A DNA stretch of 27,319 bases from Arcobacter sp. (GTDB lineage: Bacteria; Campylobacterota; Campylobacteria; Campylobacterales; Arcobacteraceae). Positions 1 to 10,003 of the stretch are shown one piece after another (position 1 is the stretch's first letter; each line of letters opens with the position of its first letter). The translations under genes and the position numbers were made by a program. Location of the stretch: NCBI GenBank assembly GCA_965662175.1, contig CBFIGT010000020.1, forward strand, positions 1 through 27,319, written 5' to 3'. The notes under the pieces are model-generated. The model searched no databases. It was given only the letters and a program-made list of their open reading frames with translations, and was not told the DNA's origin.

Positions 1-3000
1 GAAATACAGTAACAAATAGTTCAAGTGGAACAAATCTAAATACCTTCGCAGATATTGTAACTATTGATATGAGTAGTTCAAGTGATAGTGGATTTTTAGA
101 TAGTGATAATTTAACAAATATTCAAAAACCAATTTTTACAGGAAATACAGAAGCAAAAGCTAATGTAGATATTTATGATGGTGATGTTTTAATTGGAAGT
201 GGTATTGCTGATGAAAATGGTAATTATTCTATTGAAAGCGATAGTTTAAGTGAGGGTATTCATACCATAAGTGCAAAAACTTATGACTCTTTTGGAAATG
301 AACTTTCAAGTGAGGTTTTAAGTATAGAAGTTGATATTTCAACATCATCAAATGTAGAGTTTAATGAATCTATTGAAGATAATACATTAAATCTTCAAGA
401 ATCACAAAACAGTACTATAAGTGGAAAAATAGAAGCTGAGGGAAGAGTTGATTCTATTGAGATAGTTGATTTAGCTGGAAATAAAGTTATTTTAGATGTG
501 GATAATATAGATATTCAAGATGATGGAAGTTTTTCATTATCAAATATTGATTTGACATCTTTAAATGATGGAACACTAAGTATGACAGTAAACTCAAGTG
601 ATAAAGCTGGTAATAGTAGTAGTCATGTTGAAACAATTGCAAAACATACTGAAGTTGCTATAGAGATTAACTCACCAATAGCTGGTGATAATATTGTAAA
701 TAGTGCTGAGTTAGCTAGTGTAGTAGTATCAGGAACTACAAGCAAAATTCAAGAGGGTCAGAGTGTAACTGTTATTTTAGAAGATAGTTTAAATAATAAA
801 ATTACCTTAGAAACAGAGGTTGATAGTGATGGTTTATGGAGTATTGATATTGATACTTCATCTTTAAGTGATGGAAACATATCAGTCAATGCTACTGTTT
901 TAGATATATATGGAAATAGCACAAGTAGCAGCACTAATTATACTCAAGATATTACTTTTGGAACTGTTACTTTAGATGAGATTTCAGATAATTTTATAAA
1001 TGCAATAGAGCATAATCAAGACTTAGAAATAACAGGTAAAACAACAGGAATAGAGAATAATCAAACAGTAACTTTAAGTTTTAATGGAAAAGAGTATGAA
1101 GCTTTAGTAATAGATGGATTATTTAAAGTTACAGTTCCATCAAATGATCTTAATAGTTTAGTTGATGGAGAGACTTATGTAGCTAATGTAAAAGTGTCAG
1201 ATTTAGCTGGAAATGAAGTAAGTGATAGTGAAGATGTGCTTGCTGATTTTACTATAAATAGTAGTGATGATACAAATAGTAGTGATTTACTTAAAGAGGA
1301 TAGTGATTTAAGTGCTAGTGGTAATTTCTTGAGTAATGATGATGAAAACTTGATTGTTACAAATAGTGGTTCTTATACAGGAACTTATGGAACACTTACT
1401 ATAAATAGTGATGGAACATACTCTTATAATCTTGCTAATAGTTCAAATAGTGTTCAATCTTTAAAAATAGGTCAAAATGTATCTGATTTATTTACTTATA
1501 GTGTAAAAGATGAGGCTGGAAATGAGACTAGCTCAACAATAACTATAAATATTGAGGGTACAAATGATGCCCCAATTGTAAATAGTGTTGATTTGGGTTC
1601 TATAAATGAAGATAGTTTTATTCTTATAACTCAAGAGCAGTTATTAGCAAATAGTAGTGATATAGATGGTGATAATTTAGAAGTTACAACTGTAAGTGTT
1701 GATGCTAGTATTGGAGTTATTGAAAAAGTTGGTGATGATTTTAAATTTACACCAAATGCTGATTATTTTGGAAATAATATTGAACTTAATTTTACAGTTA
1801 GTGATGGAGTTACAACAGTAAATCAAAAAGCTATTATTGATGTTAATGCTGTAAATGATAACTCTATTTTAGAAGGAAGTTCTTCTATATCATTTGTAGA
1901 GGGTGCTGCGGGAGTTGTTATTAATAGTAATATTTCTATAACTGATATAGATGATGTAAATATGGAAAAAGCTACTGTTTCAATTGATAATTTTGCAAGA
2001 GGTGAGGATAAACTTATTTTTGTAAATCAAAATGGAATTACAGGAGAGTTTGATTCCCAAACTGGTATTTTAACATTGAGTGGAACAGCTTCAAAAGAGG
2101 ATTATGAAACAGCATTAGAATCAGTAAAATATCAAAATATCTCAAATACACCAAATCTAAATACAAGAGAGATTAGTTTTGTAGTAAATGATGGAGATGG
2201 AAATAGTAATACAATAAATAGCCAAATAGATATAAGTGCTGTAAATGATGCTCCTGTAATTTTAGTAAAAGATTATGAAGTTGATAAAGATGAGGCTTAT
2301 TTAACTATTTCATTACAAGCTGTTGATGTGGATGGAGATGTGGCTTCTTTTACTTTAACATCTCTTCCAAATAATGGAACTTTGTATTTAGATAGCGCTT
2401 TAACTCAAGAAATCTCTATAAATACTCCTATTTCAAGTGATGGCTCTACTAATATCTATTTTAAACCAGATTTTGGAAATGATAGTAGCAGTAATGTTTT
2501 TGGTGAAAATTGGTTTGATGAAAATAGTATTAGTTTTGATTTTTTTGCTACAGATAATGGTTCACAAGGTTTAGCCCCTGTTAATTCAGCTCTTGCAACA
2601 ATTAATATTGAAGTTGATGATGTACCTTTTGTTTATAATGATACTACTTTAGAAGTAAGTGAAAATGATATTGGGGATTCTTCAAATAGTATTACAGGAA
2701 ATGTTTTAACAAATGATTATCAAGGAAATGATACAGCTGTTTTAAATGAAGTGACTTTTATAGCAGGTGATGAAACAGGAAGTGCAAATATAGGAGCTAC
2801 TACATCTACAGCTTATGGGGATTTAAAAGTAAATAGTGATGGAACATGGGAGTTTATACCTGATTCTAATTTAGACCATAGTAATGGTGATTTAAACTTT
2901 AGTTTTACATACAATATTAAAGATAGTGATGGAGATATAAGTTCAAATAGTGCAACACAAAATATAATAATCCATGATGGAAATAGTTTAAGTATAGGAG

Positions 3001-6000
3001 AGATAAGCACACAAAGTGTAGATGAAGCAAATTTATTAAGAGGTACAAATACAAATGAAGATGCTTTAAGTATTAGTGGAAATTTAAATGTACAAACTAG
3101 AAGTGATACTCTTGATATAAAATTTGATACAACAGCTACAAGCTTAACACATGCAGGTGTTCCAATTACTTATACTATTAGTGCAGATGGTTATACTTTA
3201 GATGCAAAAGCTGGTGATATTGAGATATTTACTGTAGAGATTAATAATCCATCAAATACAAATTTGGATGCTTCTTATACCTTTACTTTAAAAAATAGTA
3301 TTGACCATAAAGTTAATGATATAAATTTAGAAGAGATAGATATTCCATTTAATTTTATTGCAAGTGATATTGATGGAGATAGTGTTAGTAGTCAATTTAG
3401 TATAAAAGTTATAGATGATGCTCCACTTACAACAAATAGTTTCACTATTACAGAGGATAATACTCTTACTTTTAATATCTCAGCTGATATAGCAACAGAT
3501 GTATCTTTTTCTAATGTTACAAATGGAGTTGCATCTTATGATGAAACAACAGGAGTTGTAACATTTGTACCAAATGAAGATTTTAGTGGTTTTGAAGAGT
3601 TCTCTTATAGTTTTACAGATGTAGATGGTAATACAAATAGTGCAAGTGCAACTATAAATATATTACCAAAAGTAGAGAATGACACTATAAAAATTAGTGG
3701 TAGTGGAAGTGGTTTTGAAGATGAGTGGATTAGCTTAGATATAAATGCTCCTCAAACTAAAGACTTGGATGGAAGTGAAACTTTATCAGATGTTACAATA
3801 TCAGATATTCCTAGTGGAGCGCAGCTTCAACTATCCGATGGAACAGCTATTTCTATAATAAATGGAAAAGCTATAATAAGTGTGGATGAGATTGAAAATG
3901 TACAAATTAAAGCACCACTGGATAGTAATGAAGAGTTTACATTAAAAACTAGTTTTAAAGTAACAGATACAACTATAAATAGTGATGGTGATACTAAAAC
4001 AAATAGTAGAACATTTTCAAGTAATATTTCTGTAAATGTTACAGGTATTGCAGATGATACAAATATAGAAGCAAATAATGCAAGAGCAAGTGAGCAAACA
4101 AATAGTTTAGAAAATATTTTCAGTGTAAGTGAACTTATCTCAAATGTTAGTTTTGGGGATAGTGATGGAAGTGAAATACAAACTATCACAATAAGTGGTT
4201 TACCAAGTGGAACTGTTTTAGAGTCAAGTGTTGGGAGTTTGGATAATGGTGTTTTAACATTTGATTATAATGATTTATCTTCTGTTCAATTATCTTTTCC
4301 TAATGTTCCTGGAGATAATTATAGTTTAATAATAGAATCAAAAGCAGTTGAAGATGACAATAGTTCTAGTATAAAAACATCAACAACAAGTGCTGTTTTA
4401 ACTATAAATGCTCTAGCAAATGAAGTTGAAATAGAAGCCAATGATATAAGCACTTTAGAAGATACAGCTATAAATATTGGAATTAATGTAATAAATAATA
4501 ATCCCGATTTAGATAATAGTGAATCAATCACTGCTATTGAAATTGGTTTAATTCCAATAGGTGCAAAAATTTTAGATACAAATGGAGATATATTATTTAT
4601 AGCAAGTGAGGGAGATACTACTTTTACAAGTAATATCACAGCTCAAGATTTACAAGGGCTACAAATTTTACCAGCTTTAAATAGCAAAGAGGATTTTGAT
4701 TTAGCTATAAAAGTACAATCTACAGATAGTGATACAAATGGAGATGTTTCTACTTGGAGTAGGGCATATGGTTTAAATGTAGAAGTTATAGCAAATGCTG
4801 ATATTGCAAATATAGAGATAGATAATCAAGGTGGTTTGGAAGATAATTGGATTGCTTTAGGTACAAAAGTAAGTACAATTGATAGTAGTGAAAATATAAC
4901 TGTTTCTTTGAGTAATGCTCCTGCTGGAACTACTTTTAAATATAGCGATGGAAATGAAACTCATACTGTTTCAGTTTTATCAGAAACACAGGTTTTAAAA
5001 ATCGATGCTTCTTATTTGGATAGTGTTGAGGTTTTACCACCAAAAGATTTTAGTGGTGAAATAAATCTTACTATGAGTACACAAGTAGTAGATATAGATG
5101 GAAACTATCAAGATATAGATACATACACAAATAGCATAAATATTAGTGTGGAGGGTGTTGCTGATACTCCTATTTTAAGTGTAAGTAGTGCAATTGGAGA
5201 TGAAGATACAGAAATTCCATTGAAGATTAAATCACAACTTAGTGATATTGATGGAAGTGAAACTTTAGAAATTATTATTAGCGATATTCCAACAGGTGCT
5301 GTTTTAAGTGCTGGTGTTAAAAATAGTGATGGAACTTGGACTTTACAAGCAAGTGATTTAGAAAATCTAAAAATAACTCCTCCTAGTGATAGTAGTGAGG
5401 CTTTTGATTTAACAATAACAGCAAAATCAATTGAATCTGATGGAGATACAAATAGTGTATCTTTTAAACTTCCTGTAAAAGTTCTAGGTGTTGCTGAGAG
5501 TATAGAGTTAAGTGCTAATATTGAAAATCAAATAGTATATGAAGATACACATACAAATCTTGGTTTAAGTGCAATTTCTAGTGATACAGATGGAAGTGAA
5601 AAAGTTACTTATACTTTAGAGAATATTCCAAATAATGTAACACTATATTTAGTTGATGAAAATGGTAATGCAATAAAAGATGAAAATGGAGATTACTCTC
5701 CAATAGGTCAAATAAAATCTTTAGATAGTAATAGTAGCGATTGGGTTATAGATGGATCAGATTTAGCAAATATTGTGATGATTCCTCCAGCAGATTATTC
5801 AGGTGAAATAAGTATAAACTTTAAAGCAGAAGCATTAGAGAGTAATGGAAATCTAAGAGTTAGTGAAAAAACTTTAGAAATAGATGTAAAACCAAAAGTA
5901 GAGAATGAAACATATTCAAGTAGTGAAAGTGGTGTAGAAGATAGTTGGATAGAATTAACAGGTAATAATATTAGTAATGGACTAACAAATGTTGGGTACG

Positions 6001-9000
6001 ATAATGAAGAGATTAGTAATGTTGTAGTTAGTAATTTACCCCAAGGAGCATCTTTAGGTGTATATGATGGAAGCTCATATATTGTAATTTCTCCTGATAG
6101 TTTTGGAAAATATAATTTAACAAGTGAACAAATAGACGTAGGCGTTGCAATAAAAGCAGCGGAAAACTCAAATGAAGATTTTTCTATCAATGTAACAAGA
6201 ACAATTACAGATACAACAGATAGTGGTAATACCATATCAACAGATATTAGAAATGAAGATTTTAATATTAATATTAATTTAACGGGAAGTGCTGATTCTT
6301 TAGCCTCTTTTGAAGTTGAAGATGTAAATATAGAAAATGAAACTGTTTTATTAAGTGATGCTATTAGCTCTTATGCACATACAGATAGTGATGGAAGTGA
6401 ATCTTCTACTTATTTTGTAATAGAGGGAAATAGTGAAAATAATACCTCTTTTATAATAGAAAATGGGGTAAATGCAGGTAATAACACATGGATTGTAAAA
6501 GATATTTCTACAGCTGCTATAAAAGTTATCGATACAAGTAGTGGAGATGGAAATTTAGAGCTTAAAATCACTCCATTTGTAAGAGAAGATGATGGAAATA
6601 TTTTAGAAGATATAGCAAATATAGGTGAGTTTTCAGTTTCATATAATTTAAGTGATTCATATGATTTACCTGAAGATTTAGTTTTAGATATTAGTGTAAA
6701 TAGTGTATCAGGAGTTGAGGATAATACTATTAGTGATAGTTTACTTAGTGTAAATAACTCTGAAGATATATCTTTATCATATCTTGTTGACCCTATGCAA
6801 TTAGATAATGTTTCTTTAGTAATGTCAAATGATATTTTTATTTTACCAAATGGAACTTATATTACAGAAAATATAAATAGTATAAATCTAAATCCAAAAG
6901 ATAACTTTTCAGGTATGGTTCATGCAGATATAGAGGTTATAGGTACAGATCTAACAAATGGCACTTTTACTTCTGTAAGCAAAGGTGTAGATATTGAGTT
7001 ATCTCCTATTGCTGATGAAGTTGGTGTATCTAGTAGTGCTAGTGGTGATGAAGATACAATTATAGATTTACCTATTATCTTATCTTTTAAAGATAATGAT
7101 AGTAGTGAATCAATTGTTGATGATAAAATCAAACTTATCTTAAAAAATGGTGGAACTCTTAGTAGTGATAATAATAGTGATACATTTATTTATGAGGGAG
7201 TTGAGACTTTTACAAATGATAAGGGTGAAACTTTTGTTTATGATGTTTATAGTGTGAGTAAAGATGATTTATCACATTTACAATTTCAAGCACCTACTAA
7301 TAAACATGGCGATTTTAATATTGATGTTGAGTTTACAACAGTTGATACAAACTTAGATGAAATATCAGAGCCAAAAGAGCATAGTTCAAGTATAAAAGTT
7401 GTAGTTGAATCAAAAGCTGATGATTTTGATTTTAATCTTAGTAGTACTGCTGATATTGTTGTAGATGAAGATACACACTCTATAGATTTAGGTTTATCTA
7501 TGTCATTAAAAGATAGTGATGGAAGTGAGCTTGGATATATTGTTATAAAAAATGTACCAAATGGAACAAGTTTAAATCAAGGTTTTTGTGTTTATGACTC
7601 AAATAATGATACATCAACTTGGTATGTAAACTCTTCAAGTGCTTCAAATACAGCTTTAATAATCAATGAAAACTTTAGTAGCGAGGAGTTTACCCTTGAA
7701 ATATCAGCTACAAGATATGATTATCAAAGTGGACAAATTGATACTACAAGTAGTATTGATTTAGGAATTACAATAAATCCTATTGCAGATACAATTACTA
7801 TTCAAGATGGATATACAAAAGGTTTAGAAAATACAAATATTGATATGAATTTATCAATATCTTCAGATGATATGGATGGTAGTGAGAGTTTAACTATGAC
7901 ATTTAGTTCATTACCTGAGGGTGCATATATAAATAATGGTGATAGTTCTTATCTTGTAGACTCAAGTGGAAAAATCTCTATTGAGGGCTTAAGTATAAAT
8001 GAAGCTTCAAGTTTAACATTTACACCTCCATTAAATTTTAGTGGAGAGATTAATATATCTGTTCAAACACAAGTTGTGGATACAGCTGGTAATTTACAAG
8101 ATATATCAGATATTTTTAATTCAAATTTAGTTTTAGAAGTTAGTGCAACAGCAAGTGGTTTTGAGTCAAATAGTATGAGTGCAACAATAAGTGATTATGA
8201 GACTACACAAAATGGTATAAAAGTTGATGCATCAGTTAGTGGTATTAAATTAAATGATACAGATGGTAGTGAGAGTATTAATTTGACAATTAGTGGATTA
8301 GGAGAGAGTGCTTTAGTAACATATCTTGATGGTGGAGAGATTAAAAATGCTTCGCAAAATTCAGATGGAACTTGGTCTATTCTTTTAAATCCAAGAAGTG
8401 ATGATTACGAAACAATATTCCAAAATATAAGTATAAGTGTTACAAATGCAGATGATTTAGAGGGAGATATAACTTTTAGTGCAACAGCTTTTGAATCTAA
8501 TGGTTTGGGCACAACTATGATAAATAGTGTAAATGTTGCAAATTTTGTAAGTGATGAGGTATTTGAAAATGTAGAAAATAACTCTGTTTCTACTTTAGAA
8601 ACAGCTTCTATTGCCTTAGGTGTTGTTTTGCCAAATATTGGGGAAGAGAGATTGGGTGCTATTGAGATAGCTTTACCAAATGAGCTAACACTAAGTAAAA
8701 GTGATAATAGCATAATATCTACTAATAATGTAAAAATAGTAATAGTTGATGATAATGGAAATATTGATAATACTGTTCATCCTTTAGATTTAGATACAAG
8801 TGATACTATAAAATTAACTCAAAGTGAGTTTAATAGTTTAAAAATCATTACAGAAGATGGCTCTGTTGGTGATTTTGATGTAAAAACTACTTATACAGCA
8901 TTTGAAGTTGATGATAGTTTAAATACCATAGATGGTATTGATTCTGTATCTCACAGCGTAAATACTAGTGTTACAGTTGATGATAAAAATCAGATAATAA

Positions 9001-9512
9001 ATATGTCAGATAATGATAATGAAATTGCCACAGGTGATTTTGGAGATGATACTATAAATATGGGTGAGGGAGAGAATCAAGAGGCTTATGGTGAAGCAGG
9101 AGATGATACCTTTACAATTATTTTAAAAGAAGAGGATTTATTAGCTAATAAAAAAATAACTATTGATGGCGGAGAGGGTAGTGATACCCTAGTAGTGCAA
9201 GAAGAGTCAATCTTGGATTTTGATAGCTTAATAGCTCAAAATATAGAAAAAGTAAATATAGAGAATAATAATCAAATAGATAGCTCAACATTAGATGTAG
9301 AAGATGTAATAAGAATAACAGATGATGATAATATCCTAGAAATAATAGGAGATTCAGGAGATGAGATAGGATTGACAAATGAATCAGGAGATACAGCATG
9401 GGAGAAATCAGATGAAAAAGTAACAACAGATGATGGAGATACCTTTGATGTTTGGACAAATGATAATGTAACAGTTTATATAGATGAGGATATCACAGTT
9501 ACTGATTTCTAA
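1..9512 (+). CDS. Giant repetitive surface adhesin / RTX-like type I secretion substrate (Ig-like, VCBS-like, cadherin-like and DxDGSE repeats); 5' end lies outside the window
   Basis: The frame is open from base 3 (NTVTNSSSGTNLNTFADIVTID) into the ATG at 69, so the true start is upstream. Very D/S/N/T-rich. Motifs: Ig-like (SDSG..DNLTN...PIFTG; IAGDNIVNSAE), VCBS-like (GTYGTLTINSDGTYSY), cadherin-like NDAP linkers, 8 exact DxDGSE motifs, RTX-like nonapeptides near the C-terminus (GDFGDDTIN, GEAGDDTFT, GGEGSDTLV) and an acidic tail typical of a T1SS signal. Stop TAA at 9510-9512. Confidence 0.9.
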   Translation, partial: NTVTNSSSGTNLNTFADIVTIDMSSSSDSGFLDSDNLTNIQKPIFTGNTEAKANVDIYDGDVLIGSGIADENGNYSIESDSLSEGIHTISAKTYDSFGNELSSEVLSIEVDISTSSNVEFNESIEDNTLNLQESQNSTISGKIEAEGRVDSIEIVDLAGNKVILDVDNIDIQDDGSFSLSNIDLTSLNDGTLSMTVNSSDKAGNSSSHVETIAKHTEVAIEINSPIAGDNIVNSAELASVVVSGTTSKIQEGQSVTVILEDSLNNKITLETEVDSDGLWSIDIDTSSLSDGNISVNATVLDIYGNSTSSSTNYTQDITFGTVTLDEISDNFINAIEHNQDLEITGKTTGIENNQTVTLSFNGKEYEALVIDGLFKVTVPSNDLNSLVDGETYVANVKVSDLAGNEVSDSEDVLADFTINSSDDTNSSDLLKEDSDLSASGNFLSNDDENLIVTNSGSYTGTYGTLTINSDGTYSYNLANSSNSVQSLKIGQNVSDLFTYSVKDEAGNETSSTITINIEGTNDAPIVNSVDLGSINEDSFILITQEQLLANSSDIDGDNLEVTTVSVDASIGVIEKVGDDFKFTPNADYFGNNIELNFTVSDGVTTVNQKAIIDVNAVNDNSILEGSSSISFVEGAAGVVINSNISITDIDDVNMEKATVSIDNFARGEDKLIFVNQNGITGEFDSQTGILTLSGTASKEDYETALESVKYQNISNTPNLNTREISFVVNDGDGNSNTINSQIDISAVNDAPVILVKDYEVDKDEAYLTISLQAVDVDGDVASFTLTSLPNNGTLYLDSALTQEISINTPISSDGSTNIYFKPDFGNDSSSNVFGENWFDENSISFDFFATDNGSQGLAPVNSALATINIEVDDVPFVYNDTTLEVSENDIGDSSNSITGNVLTNDYQGNDTAVLNEVTFIAGDETGSANIGATTSTAYGDLKVNSDGTWEFIPDSNLDHSNGDLNFSFTYNIKDSDGDISSNSATQNIIIHDGNSLSIGEISTQSVDEANLLRGTNTNEDALSISGNLNVQTRSDTLDIKFDTTATSLTHAGVPITYTISADGYTLDAKAGDIEIFTVEINNPSNTNLDASYTFTLKNSIDHKVNDINLEEIDIPFNFIASDIDGDSVSSQFSIKVIDDAPLTTNSFTITEDNTLTFNISADIATDVSFSNVTNGVASYDETTGVVTFVPNEDFSGFEEFSYSFTDVDGNTNSASATINILPKVENDTIKISGSGSGFEDEWISLDINAPQTKDLDGSETLSDVTISDIPSGAQLQLSDGTAISIINGKAIISVDEIENVQIKAPLDSNEEFTLKTSFKVTDTTINSDGDTKTNSRTFSSNISVNVTGIADDTNIEANNARASEQTNSLENIFSVSELISNVSFGDSDGSEIQTITISGLPSGTVLESSVGSLDNGVLTFDYNDLSSVQLSFPNVPGDNYSLIIESKAVEDDNSSSIKTSTTSAVLTINALANEVEIEANDISTLEDTAINIGINVINNNPDLDNSESITAIEIGLIPIGAKILDTNGDILFIASEGDTTFTSNITAQDLQGLQILPALNSKEDFDLAIKVQSTDSDTNGDVSTWSRAYGLNVEVIANADIANIEIDNQGGLEDNWIALGTKVSTIDSSENITVSLSNAPAGTTFKYSDGNETHTVSVLSETQVLKIDASYLDSVEVLPPKDFSGEINLTMSTQVVDIDGNYQDIDTYTNSINISVEGVADTPILSVSSAIGDEDTEIPLKIKSQLSDIDGSETLEIIISDIPTGAVLSAGVKNSDGTWTLQASDLENLKITPPSDSSEAFDLTITAKSIESDGDTNSVSFKLPVKVLGVAESIELSANIENQIVYEDTHTNLGLSAISSDTDGSEKVTYTLENIPNNVTLYLVDENGNAIKDENGDYSPIGQIKSLDSNSSDWVIDGSDLANIVMIPPADYSGEISINFKAEALESNGNLRVSEKTLEIDVKPKVENETYSSSESGVEDSWIELTGNNISNGLTNVGYDNEEISNVVVSNLPQGASLGVYDGSSYIVISPDSFGKYNLTSEQIDVGVAIKAAENSNEDFSINVTRTITDTTDSGNTISTDIRNEDFNININLTGSADSLASFEVEDVNIENETVLLSDAISSYAHTDSDGSESSTYFVIEGNSENNTSFIIENGVNAGNNTWIVKDISTAAIKVIDTSSGDGNLELKITPFVREDDGNILEDIANIGEFSVSYNLSDSYDLPEDLVLDISVNSVSGVEDNTISDSLLSVNNSEDISLSYLVDPMQLDNVSLVMSNDIFILPNGTYITENINSINLNPKDNFSGMVHADIEVIGTDLTNGTFTSVSKGVDIELSPIADEVGVSSSASGDEDTIIDLPIILSFKDNDSSESIVDDKIKLILKNGGTLSSDNNSDTFIYEGVETFTNDKGETFVYDVYSVSKDDLSHLQFQAPTNKHGDFNIDVEFTTVDTNLDEISEPKEHSSSIKVVVESKADDFDFNLSSTADIVVDEDTHSIDLGLSMSLKDSDGSELGYIVIKNVPNGTSLNQGFCVYDSNNDTSTWYVNSSSASNTALIINENFSSEEFTLEISATRYDYQSGQIDTTSSIDLGITINPIADTITIQDGYTKGLENTNIDMNLSISSDDMDGSESLTMTFSSLPEGAYINNGDSSYLVDSSGKISIEGLSINEASSLTFTPPLNFSGEINISVQTQVVDTAGNLQDISDIFNSNLVLEVSATASGFESNSMSATISDYETTQNGIKVDASVSGIKLNDTDGSESINLTISGLGESALVTYLDGGEIKNASQNSDGTWSILLNPRSDDYETIFQNISISVTNADDLEGDITFSATAFESNGLGTTMINSVNVANFVSDEVFENVENNSVSTLETASIALGVVLPNIGEERLGAIEIALPNELTLSKSDNSIISTNNVKIVIVDDNGNIDNTVHPLDLDTSDTIKLTQSEFNSLKIITEDGSVGDFDVKTTYTAFEVDDSLNTIDGIDSVSHSVNTSVTVDDKNQIINMSDNDNEIATGDFGDDTINMGEGENQEAYGEAGDDTFTIILKEEDLLANKKITIDGGEGSDTLVVQEESILDFDSLIAQNIEKVNIENNNQIDSSTLDVEDVIRITDDDNILEIIGDSGDEIGLTNESGDTAWEKSDEKVTTDDGDTFDVWTNDNVTVYIDEDITVTDF

Positions 9513-9541
9513 TAAAAGAGTTTAATTAAACTCTTTTATTA
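9510..9541. terminator. Intrinsic, possibly bidirectional, terminator after the adhesin gene
   Basis: Perfect 32-bp palindrome TAATAAAAGAGTTTAATTAAACTCTTTTATTA beginning at the stop codon and followed by a T-run. Confidence 0.8.
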
Positions 9542-9573
9542 TTTTTTTAAGCATAAATAAAATGAAGCTAAAC

Positions 9574-9579
9574 TATAAT
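9574..9579 (+). promoter_or_regulatory. Putative sigma70 -10 box of the tRNA gene
   Basis: TATAAT ending 15 nt upstream of the mature tRNA 5' end at 9595. Confidence 0.5.
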
Positions 9580-9594
9580 TACAACCTTTTTAAT

Positions 9595-9670
9595 GACCCC
9601 GTCGTCTAGTGGCCAAGGACGACAGGATTTCCTCCTGTAGACGTAAGTTCGAATCTTGCTGGGGTCGCCA
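9595..9670 (+). tRNA. tRNA-Glu (anticodon UUC), atypical
   Basis: Cloverleaf: acceptor stem GACCCCG/TGGGGTC, D-arm GTCT-AGTGGCCAA-GGAC, anticodon stem ACAGG/CCTGT with loop AT-TTC-CT (anticodon 9629-9631), 4-nt variable loop AGAC, T-arm GTAAG-TTCGAAT-CTTGC, discriminator G, encoded CCA. U11-A24, U13-G22-A46 and the missing position 47 fit tRNA-Glu identity. Confidence 0.93.
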
Positions 9671-9677
9671 ATAAGAA

Positions 9678-9702
9678 ACTACTATAAAATTGATTTATTT
9701 TT
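9678..9702 (+). repeat. 25-bp direct repeat, left copy (possible islet boundary)
   Basis: ACTACTATAAAATTGATTTATTTTT, identical to 10863-10887; starts 7 nt after the tRNA CCA. Confidence 0.85.
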
Positions 9703-9806
9703 TTACTTTTTATTTACAAATATAAATGTGTCATGTTATAATCTAAAAAATATTACAGAAAATATCAAACTTTACCTAACAAAAGATACTATTTATAAAT
9801 GTGTAA

Positions 9807-9938
9807 AATATTGAAAAAATAAAGCAAAACTCTAAAATTTGTTTTGTTGGTGATTTAGTTGATATCGACTCTAATGCTAAGTTATGTACTTTAGAATTTC
9901 CAAGTATGAAAATTTACAGTCAAAAAAACTTGGAATAA
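9807..9938 (+). pseudogene. Remnant of a calcineurin-like metallophosphoesterase (PphA/ApaH-like) gene
   Basis: Start-less frame translating NIEKIKQNSKICFVGDLVDIDSNAKLCTLEFPSMKIYSQKNLE*. CFVGDLVD resembles the GDxVDRG motif II, and LCTLEFPSMKIYSQ resembles the family C-terminus. The intervening catalytic core is missing. Confidence 0.6.
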
Positions 9939-9990
9939 AAATATTTTTGTTTAATAAAATTATATTTTAATCTAATATTAATTAAATAAA

Positions 9991-9999
9991 TGTGATACT
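9991..9999 (+). promoter_or_regulatory. Putative extended -10 promoter (TG-T-GATACT) for the ncRNA
   Basis: TGTGATACT preceded by AT-rich DNA. The predicted start (~10004-10006) coincides with the 5' strand of the RNA's terminal stem. Confidence 0.5.
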
Positions 10000-10003
10000 T
10001 CCA

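Noticed and set aside
2813..9459. Seven minus-strand ORFs (65-146 aa) inside the adhesin gene
   Set aside because: Shadow ORFs produced by the biased codon usage of the sense gene; Leu/Ser/Ile-rich with no recognisable motifs.
9627..9633. Reading the tRNA as Gly (UCC)
   Set aside because: The 5-bp stem fixes a 7-nt loop with TTC at positions 34-36, and the D-arm, variable loop and G73 fit Glu.
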